A stretch of 64,000 bases of DNA from an uncultured delta proteobacterium (GTDB taxonomy: Bacteria > Desulfobacterota > Binatia > UBA9968). Of the stretch, positions 61,484 to 64,000 are shown in pieces (the first letter of the stretch is position 1; the number at the start of each line of letters is the position of its first letter). The position numbers were made by a program, and so were the translations under genes. Under the pieces are notes generated by a model. That model searched no databases, was not told the DNA's origin, and was given only the letters and a program-made list of their open reading frames with translations. The DNA is taken from positions 32,001-96,000 of the forward strand of contig CAVWLW010000027.1 in assembly GCA_963755715.1 (NCBI GenBank), given 5' to 3'.

Positions 61484-62381
61484 CTATGGCTCCAATTGGA
61501 ATCGCCTGCCGGGAGGAGCCCCCGCCATGTACTCCACAAGGTTCGTGCGCGGAACCGCAATGTCGCTGCAAGCCTTGCGAATTTTTATCAACTGCGTGGG
61601 CTCGTCCCAGTCGCTCTTCGACTCGCAGACGATTTTCGCGCAGGTGGTCTGCTTGAGCCAGGAGCACACTTTTATCGGGCGGCTGGCTGCATCCACCAGC
61701 TCGGTCTTATACCAGGTGCCGAGTTTATCCGTGCCATCCTCCAAGTGCACGGCCGGTAACACTGTGTAGAAGGCGCCGCCCATCTCCAGCAAGCTCAGTA
61801 CCTTCTCGAGGAATCGGGATAAATTTTCCGTGTAAGTGAAGCCGCCGTACACGTCGGTGATAATCTGGAATTTTCCAAGCTCATCGCGTGAATATTGGCT
61901 CAGACGTTTGCCGGCGAGATCCCGCATCCGGTCGCCGAGGCTCGCGGCCTGCTGTTTCCACCTGTCTGCCCGGCGGTCCTCTATGGAGATCGCGACCACG
62001 CGCGCCTTGGGGCCGGATCCGCCACACTTTTCAGGAGCCCCATCGCCTTGCGGGTGCATAGTAGTCGAGTATGGCCTGCCCCTCGCCCGCGCCGATATCC
62101 AGCCATCGGCCGAAGCTGCCGAGCTTGCCGAGCGCGTCGCAGAAGCCGGTGGGAAGAACCTCCGCGTAGTCCGAGAGCCCTCGGTTCGTGGTGTAGCTCC
62201 CGGCACCCCGTCTGCGGTAGATTTTTTCCTGCTTGGCGAATTCCTCGTCGATTCGTGGCTGAACGGGTTCCTGTGGCCAGCCAGCTCCCAGACCAAGGGC
62301 CTGCAGGACGATCAGCACAGCCAGGCGCGCTGCCGCGGCTTTCCGTCCTTGTACCGACGAAATAACTGAAGGGATGACCAT
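61484..62381 (-). CDS. Methyltransferase-fold copy 3 (frameshift ~62050)
   Basis: ORFs 62031-62381 and 61484-62296; WLDIGAGEGQA; ends GRRFQLEP. Confidence 0.75.
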
Positions 62382-62573
62382 TACTTTCTCCTCGCGTTGA
62401 AAAACATGGCGTTCTTGAAAGCATTCTCAAAGCTGTTCCACCCATAATCTATGCCGCCGGTGGCCGCAAGGCCGAAGGCGGAGGCGGTCGGTGACCTGAC
62501 GGTAAACGTGACCTGCGCTTCCTCCGTCTCATCGGGCTGGTCCTCGAATGCGCGCAGCGTGTGCTGGTTCGGA
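62381..62573 (-). pseudogene. 3' remnant of the alpha/beta-hydrolase gene
   Basis: PNQHTLRAFEDQPDETEEAQVTF..AFGLAATGGIDYGWNSFENAFKNAMFFNARRK*, matching the end of 57890-58861; no 5' part. Confidence 0.75.
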
Positions 62574-62744
62574 TTTTTGATGAGTAGGCAGCTTTTTACA
62601 ATCTATTGATGAGACGGGTGGGTGAGATGGCCATGCAAGGCAAATCTCTCGACGCGATCAAGAGGGAGCTTAAAATGCCGGAATATTCTGATTGGCGGGG
62701 ACAAAAACAATCTGCCACAAAAGATTACCGTGGCCCACGAGTCG

Positions 62745-63047
62745 GTGAAGAAACAAATCGGTGATCAAAAACGCATCGCGGGCTTTGCATTAAAGAGCCG
62801 GTTGCCGTCGGTGTACAGCAACAGAGAATTTGTAGATGCCGGCGGGCTCATGTTCTACGGGGCGGACCTCGCGGACAGCCACCGGCGCGTCGCCTATTAC
62901 GTGGACAAATCCTGAAGGGTGCCAAGCCTGCCGATCTGCCAGTCGAGCAGCCGACGAAGTTTGAGCTGGTGATAAATTTGAAGACGGCGAAGCAGTCTGA
63001 CGATTCCGCAGAACGTGCTGGCGAGAGCGGATAAAGTCATTAAGTAA
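62745..63047 (+). pseudogene. C-terminal fragment of an ABC substrate-binding protein (PF04392-like)
   Basis: [58 protein letters not shown]. Confidence 0.75.
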
Positions 63048-63452
63048 TAGTTCGACGTTGCTCACCTCAAAGGACATGCGCAAACAAATCACCGTCATTA
63101 CTCTTTGCGCTGTAGTGTTAGCGCTTTGCGCGCATGCCGCGAATCTTGGAAAAAGCCAAAGAGAATTGTTTCGTCTCCAACTCGATCAAAAGCACGCACC
63201 ATCAAAATCTAACCGGAATCTTCCACCAACAGACTCCTGCCCACTGGGCGAATCCCCTTCGCCTGACGAGCGAATCTCAGAAACTTAAAGCGCCGGGCGG
63301 CTCATTACTTCTGGGGCCACGTCCAAGTTCCTAGTTTCTGCTTGCGGCTAATGCAAAGTTCCGTTTCGCGCTATTGCTAAAGTTGCCAGGCTTCTTTCCC
63401 AATCTCGACAAATAGTCGGCGCGAGTTTCTCCATAAAACAGTACTTTAGTCG

Positions 63453-63468
63453 TGGCATATTCGTTGCT
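63453..63468 (+). promoter_or_regulatory. Sigma-54 -24/-12 promoter
   Basis: TGGCATATTCGTTGCT upstream of AGGAGGT RBS and ATG 63524. Confidence 0.7.
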
Positions 63469-63523
63469 CTATGACTCTTTGCCTACCGAATTAAACGCAT
63501 AAACAGAAAGGAGGTGAAAAAAA

Positions 63524-63985
63524 ATGAAGAAGATTGCTTTAGTTCTGTTCGCGGGAGCGATCGCAATTTATGCTAGCGGCTTTGTCGTCCTACGCGCAGC
63601 CAAGAGGGGGGATGATGTGGCGAGGGAGTGGCGGGTGGGGACCGGGAACACAGTACAATAGAATGTACGATCCAAAGGCGGCGGAAACGATCACCGGCGA
63701 GGTCACGGCGTGGATCGGATCACACCGAACAAAGGGATGAGCGGCGGATTCACATGAACGTGAAAACCGATAAGGAGACGGTCTCTGTGCATCTTGGGCC
63801 GAGTTGGTACCTCGAAAATCAGGACGTGAAGATCGAGCCAAAGACAAGGTCGAGGTGAAAGGCGCCAGAACGACATTTGCCGGAAACCGGCGATCATCGC
63901 GGCGGAGGTGAAGAAGGGAGATGAAGTCTTGAAGCTGCGTGACGACAGCGGCTTCCCGGTGTGGAGCGGCTGGAGACGGCGATAG
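63524..63985 (+). CDS. Exported OB-fold protein (MamS-like domain), several frameshifts
   Basis: MKKIALVLF signal; GGWGPG..YDPKAAETITGEV..VHLGPSWYLENQ..VEVKG..IIAAEVKKGDEVLKLRD.SGFPVWSG. Confidence 0.65.
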
Positions 63986-64000
63986 CACAGGAGGTTAAAA

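Noticed and set aside
152-62445. Numerous long overlapping or antisense ORFs in the track (e.g. 20266-21051, 27711-28634, 28423-29109)
   Set aside because: Shadow ORFs expected in GC-rich DNA opposite or overlapping well-supported genes; no recognisable motifs
56973-62573. Diversity-generating retroelement or invertase-driven shufflon
   Set aside because: No reverse transcriptase, recombinase or inverted repeats; differences between copies are not adenine-specific by inspection
1031-63985. Widespread frameshifts (amidohydrolase, LLM, cls, porin, hisF, gcvT-like, SBPs) as programmed frameshifting, phase variation or genome decay
   Set aside because: They hit unrelated and housekeeping genes, are single-base indels often in homopolymers, and both halves stay conserved; long-read error is the simplest explanation
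63524-63985. Magnetosome gene cluster
   Set aside because: Only one MamS-like OB domain and no other mam/mms genes

Overview
A GC-rich bacterial chromosomal segment. The gene style suggests Candidatus Binatia or a related deltaproteobacterial lineage; this is inferred from the many orphan SsuA/THI5-like binding proteins, amidohydrolase, LLM, VOC and porin genes. Many genes are split by single-base indels, often in homopolymers, most likely long-read assembly errors. Contents: catabolic and uptake genes (0-10 kb); a GlrK/QseG/GlrR-like sigma-54 system with a downstream sigma-54 operon ending in OmpA (10-17 kb); rmuC, aguBA, mazG; a sigma-54-controlled diiron oxygenase plus BBE-flavoprotein pair; the core cluster ssb-plsC-rnj-ftsK-lolA-rimO-dksA; a porin followed by four paralogous exported proteins that all end in PAKGE and flank a NarL-type two-component system, with recurring 7-2-7 operator-like palindromes; hisF; a GcvT plus paired FAD-oxidoreductase plus FAH/VOC cluster; and an accessory region (51-64 kb). 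That region holds a sigma-54 module and a tandem array of alpha/beta-hydrolase 3' ends, each coupled to a signal-peptide-bearing SAM-methyltransferase-fold gene. The best candidates for undescribed systems are the hydrolase/exported-methyltransferase array (57-62.6 kb) and the porin-PAKGE-TCS locus (36.5-42.5 kb). I found no rRNA, tRNA, CRISPR array, transposase or integrase.
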